A stretch of DNA of 17,347 bases from an uncultured delta proteobacterium (GTDB taxonomy: Bacteria > Desulfobacterota > Desulfuromonadia > Geobacterales > Pseudopelobacteraceae): the NCBI GenBank assembly GCA_963772835.1, contig CAVYYZ010000017.1, forward strand, positions 1-17,347, in the 5' to 3' direction. Below, one piece after another: positions 1 to 8,075 of the stretch. The notes under the pieces are model-generated. The model saw nothing but the letters and a program-made list of their open reading frames with translations, did not search any database and was not told the origin of the DNA. The first letter of the stretch is position 1, and every line of letters starts with the position of its first letter. The position numbers and the translations under genes are program-made.

Positions 1-626
1 CCCGGATGTATGACAAGCTTTTCGGCGTTCGTAGTGAAAAAACAGATCCTTCCCGCCCATTGGTCAGACCTGACAATCCTCAACGACGTCTCATTTCATT
101 TAAAAAATTGTTGTTACCTGCACTTTTGCTTGCACTCATTCTGATTACCGCGACCTTCTTAAAAAGTCCCTCTGCTCCCCCTGTTAGCCAGCCGCAACCT
201 GCTGTAGCCGTTGTACCGCCTGTACAAAACAGTGTCGTCCAAAACGTGCAAAGCTCCGTACGTATCAGGAAAACAGAACAGGCCCTTCCCGCTCTCAAGA
301 CTGAAAGACGGCCTGCAGAGCTTCCTGAGGCTGAAAAAAAAGAGGTGACAAATCTATTGAAACCACCGGCCGGTAAAGGCTTCATCCTTAAAGTAAAGGT
401 TACCCAAAATGGTACTCTGACAGCTACGGTTGATGGCTCCGGGCCCCAGCTGTATGAGCTTGCAATCGGAGATATTATCGAGTGGAAGGCAGAAAATAAA
501 GTCACTCTGGAATTGAGCAATGCCGGTGGAGTTGAAGTCGAGTTGAACGGCACGCCTTACAGATCGCTCGGTCCACCCGGTAAGCCGGTTTACGTAGAAC
601 TTGATGCCAGTGGTGTCAAACAGTAA
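1..626 (+). CDS. RodZ-like membrane protein with C-terminal DUF4115-type domain (5' partial)
   Basis: The frame is open to the window edge, so the ATG at 6 is probably internal. One TM helix (LLLPALLLALILITATFL), a Pro/Gln/Val-rich linker, then a beta-rich C-terminal domain ending LELSNAGGVEVELNG, typical of RodZ C-terminal/DUF4115. The N-terminal HTH would lie upstream of the window. Confidence 0.75.
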   Translation, partial: RMYDKLFGVRSEKTDPSRPLVRPDNPQRRLISFKKLLLPALLLALILITATFLKSPSAPPVSQPQPAVAVVPPVQNSVVQNVQSSVRIRKTEQALPALKTERRPAELPEAEKKEVTNLLKPPAGKGFILKVKVTQNGTLTATVDGSGPQLYELAIGDIIEWKAENKVTLELSNAGGVEVELNGTPYRSLGPPGKPVYVELDASGVKQ

Positions 627-796
627 TCCGTAAGTTATACGTTCTTTTAAACCGTTCGCTCGAAAGAATCTTTTCTGTAATTCTGTTAGAACAGATAATG
701 TGAACATACGTAACCCGTTAAAGTGGCTCGACGGAATTATTTTTCTCCCCCGATTTTTTCCTCCATACATGTAAACAAAAAAAGATGTTCCGGGTC

Positions 797-824
797 TTGA
801 CAGTTTGCCGCTCCATGCTAGAAT
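797..824 (+). promoter_or_regulatory. sigma70-type promoter for the receiver/USP/kinase cluster
   Basis: Perfect -35 TTGACA (797-802), 16-bp spacer, extended -10 TG-c-TAGAAT (816-824), 32 nt upstream of the GTG at 857. Confidence 0.75.
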
Positions 825-856
825 TCCTGTACTTCAAGCCGTGCAGGAGAATCAGA

Positions 857-1231
857 GTGAAACATGGATTTAAAAGGATACTGGTTGTGGACGATGAGGA
901 TAATGCCCGTATTGCACTCTCCAAAATCCTTACCCATGAAGGCTATGATGTGATCTCCGCCAGGAACGGAGTAGAGGCTCTCAATTGCCTGCGAAGCAAA
1001 GACGTCGAATTGATTATTACCGATCTTAATATGCCGGAGATGAATGGATTAATGTTTCTGCGCGAGCTTAACCGCAGCCACCCTGCCAGCAACGTAATTA
1101 TGATTACCGCGTACGGCGAAGTTGAGTCATATCTTGAAGCAATGACGCTGGGCGCTTTTGAATATATTAACAAACCGGTCAAATATGAAGATCTCAAAAA
1201 AGTCATCAACAAGATTTTCAAAACAATGTAA
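857..1231 (+). CDS. single-domain response regulator (receiver, CheY-like)
   Basis: ILVVDDE acidic pocket, phospho-Asp in ITDLNMP, MITAY, and YINKP. Start moved from 785 to GTG 857 because of the AGGAGA RBS at 845-850 and because the promoter lies inside the longer ORF. Confidence 0.93.
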   Translation: MKHGFKRILVVDDEDNARIALSKILTHEGYDVISARNGVEALNCLRSKDVELIITDLNMPEMNGLMFLRELNRSHPASNVIMITAYGEVESYLEAMTLGAFEYINKPVKYEDLKKVINKIFKTM

Positions 1232-1306
1232 ACGGCCGGCGGGTCAGTACGGACCACGTTATTTTATTACCGAACATATCCTGTAAAACAGGACCAGGAG
1301 GATTAT

Positions 1307-1756
1307 ATGAAACCATTTACAAAAATACTGACCGCCATTGATTTTTCAGAAAATTCCGATTGTGCATTTGAGTATGCCCTGACACTTGCAACTCAGTTTA
1401 ATGCCGAGCTCACGATTATACATGTCATAAATGAACCGGTTGATTTGCGCGGTTTCTATGTACCGCATATCTCTTTTGAGCAGCTTGAAAAAGAGATCGA
1501 AGAGGGTGCCGTAACGATGATGGAAGCGTTCTGTAATTCAAAGTTGGGAACGTTTACTAATTACAAATCAACAATTGTAACCGGCATCCCGTATGACGAA
1601 ATCACGGCTACTGCCGCAAAACTCGATGCATCGCTTATTGTAATGGGCACACATGGCAGGACCGGTCTTGATCATCTCCTGTTCGGAAGCACGGCAGAAC
1701 GTGTCGTACGTTCTGCACCCTGCCCCGTCCTGACGGTCAGGCTTCCGGCGGTTTAG
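1307..1756 (+). CDS. universal stress protein (UspA family)
   Basis: KILTAIDFSENS N-terminus and LIVMGTHGRTGLDHLLFGSTAERVVRSAPCPVLTV ATP-binding USP motif; AGGAGG RBS upstream. Confidence 0.96.
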   Translation: MKPFTKILTAIDFSENSDCAFEYALTLATQFNAELTIIHVINEPVDLRGFYVPHISFEQLEKEIEEGAVTMMEAFCNSKLGTFTNYKSTIVTGIPYDEITATAAKLDASLIVMGTHGRTGLDHLLFGSTAERVVRSAPCPVLTVRLPAV

Positions 1757-1795
1757 GGGTGGACCCGAAAAGGCCATGAAAAAAAGTATGCCCCT

Positions 1796-2986
1796 ATGGT
1801 GACTACATCTGAATTGCATGTTCCGGGAAAAACGGTCGTTATTATTGATGACGACAGGAATATCCTTGAATTGACCTCTCTGATACTTTCAAAGAATGGT
1901 TTCCAGCCGTATGCTACTGATAGTGCTCACGAGGGCATTGAATTTATTGCCCGCTTTTCCCCGGAGTTGGTCCTGCTCGACTACATGATGCCGGAGATGG
2001 ATGGCCTGTCTGCACTTCAGCAGATAAAAAGCCGCTTTCCTGACACGTACGTCGTGATGTTTACCGGCAAGGGGAATGAAGAGATAGCTGTTGAATTGAT
2101 GAAAAACGGTGCTTCAGAGTATATCCTCAAGCCGTTTAATAATCGTAATCTTGTTGAACGGCTTGAAAATGTGCTGAGAATCCGGGAAATCGAACTTCAC
2201 AACCGGGATCTGCAAAAACAACAGGAACATTTGCTTTCTGAAATTGAGCAGTGGAATCTGGAACTTCAGAAAAGGGTGCGCGAAAAATCCGAGTCGCTTC
2301 AAGTCGCTCAGGAAGAGATTGCCCAATCTGAAAAGCTCGCGGCGCTTGGATATCTTTCTGCAGGCATGGCCCACGAAATCCGCAACCCACTCAATTCGAT
2401 TTCTCTGTTTGTCCAACTCATGCGCCAGACAACAACCGAGCCTGATCAACTTGAACATCAGGCTAAAATACTCAAAGAAGTCGACCGTATAGATTCTATT
2501 ATCCGAAAATTGCTTGATGCCTCACGGCGGACACGTGTCATATCGACCAATGTACAGATCAACCAGGTCATAGATAATGCAATTGAAGCCTTTTCACCCC
2601 AGATAGAGACCAGAAAAATTCAAGTTGACCGCCTGTACCACAGCGTACCATCCCCCATTACTGCAGACCCGACCGAGTTAGAGCAGATCTTCACCAATCT
2701 TTTCCTGAACGCACTGGATGCCATGAGCCGGGGCGGCCGCCTCGCTATTGAGGTTTTTGAAAATGACGGCAGGGTTATTGTCAGAGTGAGTGACAGCGGT
2801 ACCGGAATTGCGGAGAATGTTCTTTCCAGCATATTCGAGCCTTTTTTCAGCACGAAAAGTCGCGGTACAGGTATGGGTCTCCCGGTAGCCCAGCGGATTG
2901 CCCGTATGTACGAAGGAAGAATGGAGGTTGAACACTCCTCATCGATGGGCACCACATTCCGCCTGGAATTTCCGGTCTCTTCCTGA
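1796..2986 (+). CDS. hybrid receiver-histidine kinase (REC - coiled coil - HisKA - HATPase_c), cytoplasmic
   Basis: N-terminal receiver (VIIDDD, LLDYMMP, YILKP), coiled coil, H-box AHEIRNPL, N-box QIFTNLFLNALDAM, G1 DSGTGI, F-box IFEPFFSTK, G2 GTGMGL. No TM or sensor domain. Confidence 0.95.
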   Translation: MVTTSELHVPGKTVVIIDDDRNILELTSLILSKNGFQPYATDSAHEGIEFIARFSPELVLLDYMMPEMDGLSALQQIKSRFPDTYVVMFTGKGNEEIAVELMKNGASEYILKPFNNRNLVERLENVLRIREIELHNRDLQKQQEHLLSEIEQWNLELQKRVREKSESLQVAQEEIAQSEKLAALGYLSAGMAHEIRNPLNSISLFVQLMRQTTTEPDQLEHQAKILKEVDRIDSIIRKLLDASRRTRVISTNVQINQVIDNAIEAFSPQIETRKIQVDRLYHSVPSPITADPTELEQIFTNLFLNALDAMSRGGRLAIEVFENDGRVIVRVSDSGTGIAENVLSSIFEPFFSTKSRGTGMGLPVAQRIARMYEGRMEVEHSSSMGTTFRLEFPVSS

Positions 2987-3142
2987 AATTTCGCCCTTTC
3001 TTTTTCCGGTTGAGGTGGTGTAGTATGCCGGAACTGTCGATAGCCCTCCCTGATCCTGATAAACAGGATACGTGTATTGACGAAATTTATTCCGCAGAAA
3101 AAAGCGGTAACTGTTTCTCATCCTTTAATAGTGTGTACCGCC

Positions 3143-3541
3143 ATGCCCGAACCGCCCAAAAAAATTCTCATCATTGATGATGACCCCTTTTTTCTGAAAG
3201 TACTGACCGACAATTTCAGTGACAACGGGTTTACCGTATTCAACGCCAATGACGGCGTTGAAGGGGTAAATACGTATCTTGAAAAACGGCCCGATGTCGT
3301 TATCTCCGATCTGGTAATGCCGCGCATGGGAGGAGTCAGCACCTGCATGGAGATCAGTCGGCTGGCCGGTGATTATCCGCCAGTCATTGTACTGTTGACA
3401 TCCATGTTTCAGGAATCACCCCATGAGCACGACGAACCTGAGATGGGTGCCAAGATACATATCCCCAAGTCGACCCCCCCCGTTGATATCGTTATCATCA
3501 TTGAACAGCTCCTTGAGCGCAGAACGTACCCGCAGAACTGA
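3143..3541 (+). CDS. single-domain response regulator (receiver)
   Basis: ILIIDDD, ISDLVMP phospho-Asp, LLTS, HIPKS. ATG 3143 is preferred over TTG 3077 because the receiver fold starts right after it. No clear RBS, so the start is uncertain. Confidence 0.88.
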   Translation: MPEPPKKILIIDDDPFFLKVLTDNFSDNGFTVFNANDGVEGVNTYLEKRPDVVISDLVMPRMGGVSTCMEISRLAGDYPPVIVLLTSMFQESPHEHDEPEMGAKIHIPKSTPPVDIVIIIEQLLERRTYPQN

Positions 3542-3545
3542 ATAC

Positions 3546-5126
3546 ATGCCTTTTATTTATCGCAATCTTTCTCTCACTCTACATGATCATGAAGAGGCTC
3601 TGCCTGCATTACTGGCGGCAAAGCTTTCCGTTCCTCAGGCATATCTGCACGATGTCCTGATCATCCGTAAAGCGATAGACGCCCGAAAAAAACCGAACAT
3701 TAAACTGATCTACACGCTCTCCTTTACCGTTGATGATGCAATCAGTTTACGCCTGAAAAACGATCCTGCCCTGGAGTGGCAGGACGAAAAAACTGCACCG
3801 GTTCAGGTGCAGATTCATTCACCAAAACGCATCGTCATTGTCGGCAGCGGCCCGGCCGGCCTGTTTGCCGCCCTGCGTCTCGCAGAGTATGGACTGACTG
3901 CGACGGTCATTGAACGGGGTGAACCGGTAGAACAGCGTGCGCTGTCTGTTCAGCGTTTCTGGAAAGACGGAATCCTTGACCCTGAGTCCAATGTCCAATT
4001 CGGAGAGGGCGGGGCCGGGACTTTTTCAGACGGCAAGCTGACCTGCCGTTCCAAAGATCCGTTGGTGCCATGGGTACTGGAAAAGTTAGTGGCATTTGGC
4101 GCCCAGGCCGAGGTGCGCTATCTCGCCAAGCCGCATATCGGTACGGATCGATTGAGGACAGTCATCAGTGCGATCCGCAGGGATCTTATTGAAAAGGGAT
4201 TTACGATTCGTTTCGGATGCCGAATGACCAACCTGAATATCACAGGGGGCGGAATCGCCGCCGTGAATCTTAATGATTCGGAGGAAATCCCGTGTGATCA
4301 CCTGATTCTGGCCAGTGGACATAGCGCACGGGATACGTTTGAGATGTTGGAACGGCTGAAAGTTCCGTTACAGCGGAAACCGTTTGCAATGGGGCTCAGG
4401 GTTGAGCATCCGCAGGAGCTTATAAACCGGATCCAGTACGGCGCCCAGAAACAGCATACCCTGCAGGCGGCTGACTATGCCCTTGCCTGGAACAACGGCT
4501 CCAGTGGTCGCAGTGCCTATTCCTTCTGTATGTGTCCAGGCGGAGTGGTTGTCGGCGGATCATCTGAAGCAGGAGGGGTCGTTACCAACGGCATGAGCGG
4601 TCAATTGCGTAATTCTCCCTACGCCAACAGCGCTCTTGTGGTTAATGTCCGGGAAGATGATTTCGACGGGCCTGGTCCTCTGGCCGGGATGAGACTGCAG
4701 CGCAGGTGGGAGAGCCGGGCGTTTGAAATCGGTGGAGGAGGGTTCAGGGCTCCGGCCCAAAATCTGCTCGGTTTTTTGCGGCTTCCGGGACAAGGTGCGG
4801 CCAGAACGAGCTACCGTCCCGGTATCTGCGAAACGGAACTCGATTTTGTCCTGCCGCCCTTTGTCATCGACACGCTGCGTGAAGGGATTGTTGATTTCGG
4901 TCGCAAGCTGAAGGGCTTCGTTACCGCTGAGGCGACGTTGATAGGCATCGAATCACGCACCTCATCACCGGTACGTATTCTGCGTGACAGCAGTTTCGAA
5001 TCCGTTGGCGTCAAAGGACTGTATCCGGCCGGCGAGGGTGCCGGTTATGCCGGCGGAATCATGAGTTCCGCCGTAGATGGCATAAAGATTGCCGACTCCA
5101 TAGCAGCGAGATTGAGACCTCAGTAA
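3546..5126 (+). CDS. FAD-dependent oxidoreductase/dehydrogenase of unknown substrate (COG2509-like)
   Basis: Rossmann motif IVIVGSGPAG, QFGEGGAGTFSDGKL, YSFCMCPGG, ESRTSSPVRI, GLYPAGEGAGYAGGIMSSAVDG. Start at ATG 3546 (MPFIYRN), 4 nt after the upstream stop, avoids a 119-nt overlap. Confidence 0.9.
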   Translation: MPFIYRNLSLTLHDHEEALPALLAAKLSVPQAYLHDVLIIRKAIDARKKPNIKLIYTLSFTVDDAISLRLKNDPALEWQDEKTAPVQVQIHSPKRIVIVGSGPAGLFAALRLAEYGLTATVIERGEPVEQRALSVQRFWKDGILDPESNVQFGEGGAGTFSDGKLTCRSKDPLVPWVLEKLVAFGAQAEVRYLAKPHIGTDRLRTVISAIRRDLIEKGFTIRFGCRMTNLNITGGGIAAVNLNDSEEIPCDHLILASGHSARDTFEMLERLKVPLQRKPFAMGLRVEHPQELINRIQYGAQKQHTLQAADYALAWNNGSSGRSAYSFCMCPGGVVVGGSSEAGGVVTNGMSGQLRNSPYANSALVVNVREDDFDGPGPLAGMRLQRRWESRAFEIGGGGFRAPAQNLLGFLRLPGQGAARTSYRPGICETELDFVLPPFVIDTLREGIVDFGRKLKGFVTAEATLIGIESRTSSPVRILRDSSFESVGVKGLYPAGEGAGYAGGIMSSAVDGIKIADSIAARLRPQ

Positions 5127-5150
5127 CGTTCAAATATCTTCTGTGTCTCA

Positions 5151-6581
5151 TCATGGGCCGGGTATATTCACCTTCAGGTCCAGTTCCCGCACAACCCCCA
5201 GTGAGGCAAGCGGCTGGTCGAACTTTGCAGCATCACCGATAACAACCAGCTTGAATGAGTCAGGGCGAAGGTATTTTTGTGCGGCATTCAGCACATCTGC
5301 TTTGGTCACTTTGGCAATATTATCACGATACCGTTCAAGGTAATCGTCAGCATAACCGTAATATTCGAGCCTGGCTCGCTGGGTTACAATCGAAGCCGGG
5401 CTGGTGAAGCCGAACATGAATGAGTTAATCATGTATTCACGGGCGGCGGCTAATTCACCGTCAGTTACCGGCACTTTCGTCAGTTCGGTGATAATGTTTT
5501 TCATCAGATTGATGGTTTTAACGGTTGATTCCCCCTTGGTTTCCGTTTCGGCGACAAAGCTGCCGGTAAAGCGCCGGCCGATATCGAAATGGCTACCGAT
5601 ACTGTAGGCCAGACCCTGGTTTGTGCGAATCTCCGTCGTCAACCGTGATGTGAAACTCCCCCCCAGAATGTAATCCAGAACCCTGACAGCATAGATATCC
5701 GGAGTATCCTTGTTCAAGCCCAGATGCCCCATGCGGATAACAGTCTGGTTAACCTGTTTTTTACCGAAAAGCACTTCAGCTTGAAACAGCTGCTTCGGCT
5801 GGGGTATCTCGGGCAGTATCAGGGCGGGCAGCTTTTTTTCGGCCTTGAAGGCCGCATTCAGCTCTTTGAGCAGAACGGTTCGGTCAAAATCGCCTGAGAC
5901 TGCCAGAATCATGTTGTCAAGCCTGTAATAACGGCGATGGAAATCGATCAGATCCTGGCGGGTGATGGTACTGATGGACTCATAAGTTGTCATATCACCC
6001 AGCGGGTGGCCGGCATATATCGCCCGGTTAATCTCTCTACCTGCTATTTCCTTAGGGTCATCGTTCTGACGCCGTAAGCTTTCAATGGTCTGTTTGCGGG
6101 AAATTTCAACCCTATTATTACTGAAATCGGGATGCAGCAGGACAGTGCTGAAAATCTGCAGTGTACGGATGAAATTCTTTTTGAGTGTCGTCAGAGAGAC
6201 TGTTCCCATGTCGCTGCCGATGCCGCTTTCAACAGATGAAGCCATGAACTCCAGCTCGTCATCCAACATTTCCGGTGCCACACCTCCGGCGCCGCCGCTG
6301 CGCATTACCGCCCCGACCATGGCGGACAGTCCCGATTTTGCTGCCGGTTCATAGACCGAACCTGTCCGCACCATTGCCGTCATATTGATTATCGGCAGTT
6401 CGGTGTCCCGCAGGAGATACACCGGCATCCCGCACTCCAGAACGACACGTTCGGTTTTGGGTATCTGGAAATTCAATTCCGGAAAAGTCATGGTTCGTGG
6501 ATCAGCCAGATGTCCATCTACGGCGCACGCCGGTGCGCACAGGGTGAGCAGGAAACAGAGGGAGAGTATCAGATGTTTCAT
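5151..6581 (-). CDS. M16 family peptidase subunit lacking the zinc-binding motif (non-catalytic partner), exported
   Basis: Signal peptide (MKHLILSLCFLLTLCAPACA), M16 fold motifs (VRTGSVYEP, MILAVSGDFD, SRLTTEIRTNQGLAYS), no HXXEH. Start overlaps the upstream M16 gene by 4 nt. Confidence 0.9.
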   Translation of the reverse strand: MKHLILSLCFLLTLCAPACAVDGHLADPRTMTFPELNFQIPKTERVVLECGMPVYLLRDTELPIINMTAMVRTGSVYEPAAKSGLSAMVGAVMRSGGAGGVAPEMLDDELEFMASSVESGIGSDMGTVSLTTLKKNFIRTLQIFSTVLLHPDFSNNRVEISRKQTIESLRRQNDDPKEIAGREINRAIYAGHPLGDMTTYESISTITRQDLIDFHRRYYRLDNMILAVSGDFDRTVLLKELNAAFKAEKKLPALILPEIPQPKQLFQAEVLFGKKQVNQTVIRMGHLGLNKDTPDIYAVRVLDYILGGSFTSRLTTEIRTNQGLAYSIGSHFDIGRRFTGSFVAETETKGESTVKTINLMKNIITELTKVPVTDGELAAAREYMINSFMFGFTSPASIVTQRARLEYYGYADDYLERYRDNIAKVTKADVLNAAQKYLRPDSFKLVVIGDAAKFDQPLASLGVVRELDLKVNIPGP

Positions 6582-8062
6582 TTGTCACCCACTTTTTTTG
6601 AGATAAATCCAACGGTACGGTTTTCGCGGGTGAAGTAGGCACCGGCTACCCGCATGATGTCAGCCTGAGTAACTCTGGCAATTTTACCGCGATGCTGAGA
6701 CATATAGCGCCAACTGCCGGTCGTCGCTTCGTACTCGGTAAGATTTCGCGCCAGACCGCCATTCGTGCCCATACGGCGCGCCTCCTCATATTCAATTTTA
6801 TTAAGGATACGCTGCAGGTCCCTCTGGGCGACCGGTGTCGTTTTCAATAACTCCAGTTCCGCCTGAACGGCTTCCTCAACATCTTTGGCCGTATGCGGCG
6901 CCCGCGGATTGGCGCTGATTATAAACATGTTCGGATAGCGGTAGCCCGGCGCATCAAACGTTCCGATTTCAGAGGCGATCTGCTTTTCAATCACGAGACT
7001 TTTGTAAAAGCGGGAGGTCCGGCCACTTCCCAAAATCATGTTAATGACGTCGAACACATAATCATCCGGATCACCGATAGCCGGTTTGTGAAAACCCATG
7101 ATAACCGTGGGCTCGGCCTCGGCAATCAGCTCAATTCGCCGCTCACCCGATTGTTTCGGTTCCTGGGTGGTAACCGGCGGCGGTTCTTTCCCGGGTCTGA
7201 TCGCGCCAAAATAGCGCTCGACCAGAGCAATTGTCGTCTTGGTATCGATATCCCCAACAATTGCCACGATGGCATTATTTGGAGTATAGTAACTATGAAA
7301 GAACTGTTCGGCTTTGCTGCGGGTCAGATTTTCAATATCGGACATCCATCCGATTGTCGGCTGACCGTATGAGTGGGCCAGAAAGCTGGAGGCGATAAAC
7401 GTTTCCCATAGCTTGCTTTCCGGGTCCGCATCATATGATCGTCGTCGTTCCTCCATGACCACCGCCCGCTCTGTGTAAAATTCCCGCAGGACCGCATTCT
7501 GCAGGCGGTCAGATTCGATGGCGGCCCACAATTCAAGTTTGTTGGACGGCAGGCTGATCAGGTAGGTTGTGCCGTCACGGCTCGTAAAGGCGTTGTATCC
7601 GGTACCACCGTTTTTTGAATAAAGTTCGAAAAACTCATCCTTAATGACATATTTAGACGCAGCGACTTCCAGAGCAGCGAGCTGTTTCTCCAGCCCGGCT
7701 ATTTTTAAAGAATCAGCTCTGTCTCTCAGTGCTTTTTCAGCCGTCAACCTCTGGGCGACTTCCTCAATTTTGTCAAGGAGCGGTTTCTCAGCGGCAAAAT
7801 CCTTTGTCCCGAGCGTAGTCGTGCCCTTGAAAAGCATGTGTTCCAGAAGGTGGGCGATGCCTCGCTCATCACTGCGCTCATCAACGCTGCCGACCCTGAA
7901 CCGGATCCATGCCGAAACCGTCGGTGAGGTATGCCGCTCCACCATCAGAAGTTTCATGCCGTTTTTCATCGTGTACTCGACGACCTTCTCATCAAGGGTT
8001 GCTGCATGTAATCCCGTGGCGCAGAGTGCCAGCAGGGTTACGACCATCAGTATGTGCTTCAT
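6578..8062 (-). CDS. M16 family zinc metallopeptidase (catalytic subunit), exported
   Basis: Inverted zinc motif HLLEH in GIAHLLEHMLFKGT, YNAFTS, ERAVVMEERR; signal peptide MKHILMVVTLLALCATGLHA. ATG at 8062 is preferred over TTG 8068. Confidence 0.93.
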   Translation of the reverse strand: MKHILMVVTLLALCATGLHAATLDEKVVEYTMKNGMKLLMVERHTSPTVSAWIRFRVGSVDERSDERGIAHLLEHMLFKGTTTLGTKDFAAEKPLLDKIEEVAQRLTAEKALRDRADSLKIAGLEKQLAALEVAASKYVIKDEFFELYSKNGGTGYNAFTSRDGTTYLISLPSNKLELWAAIESDRLQNAVLREFYTERAVVMEERRRSYDADPESKLWETFIASSFLAHSYGQPTIGWMSDIENLTRSKAEQFFHSYYTPNNAIVAIVGDIDTKTTIALVERYFGAIRPGKEPPPVTTQEPKQSGERRIELIAEAEPTVIMGFHKPAIGDPDDYVFDVINMILGSGRTSRFYKSLVIEKQIASEIGTFDAPGYRYPNMFIISANPRAPHTAKDVEEAVQAELELLKTTPVAQRDLQRILNKIEYEEARRMGTNGGLARNLTEYEATTGSWRYMSQHRGKIARVTQADIMRVAGAYFTRENRTVGFISKKVGDK

Positions 8063-8075
8063 CTCCAACTCTCCC

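Noticed and set aside
785..856. N-terminal extension of the first response regulator (ORF-track start 785)
   Set aside because: It contains the promoter and RBS; GTG 857 fits the receiver fold.
3077..3082. TTGACG as -35 of a promoter for the second receiver gene
   Set aside because: No credible -10 hexamer at 16-18 bp spacing.
3423..3545. N-terminal extension of the FAD oxidoreductase
   Set aside because: It overlaps the upstream receiver gene in another frame; ATG 3546 is the plausible start.
5127..5150. Terminator between the convergent oxidoreductase and M16 genes
   Set aside because: The 24-nt gap has no stem-loop with a U tract.
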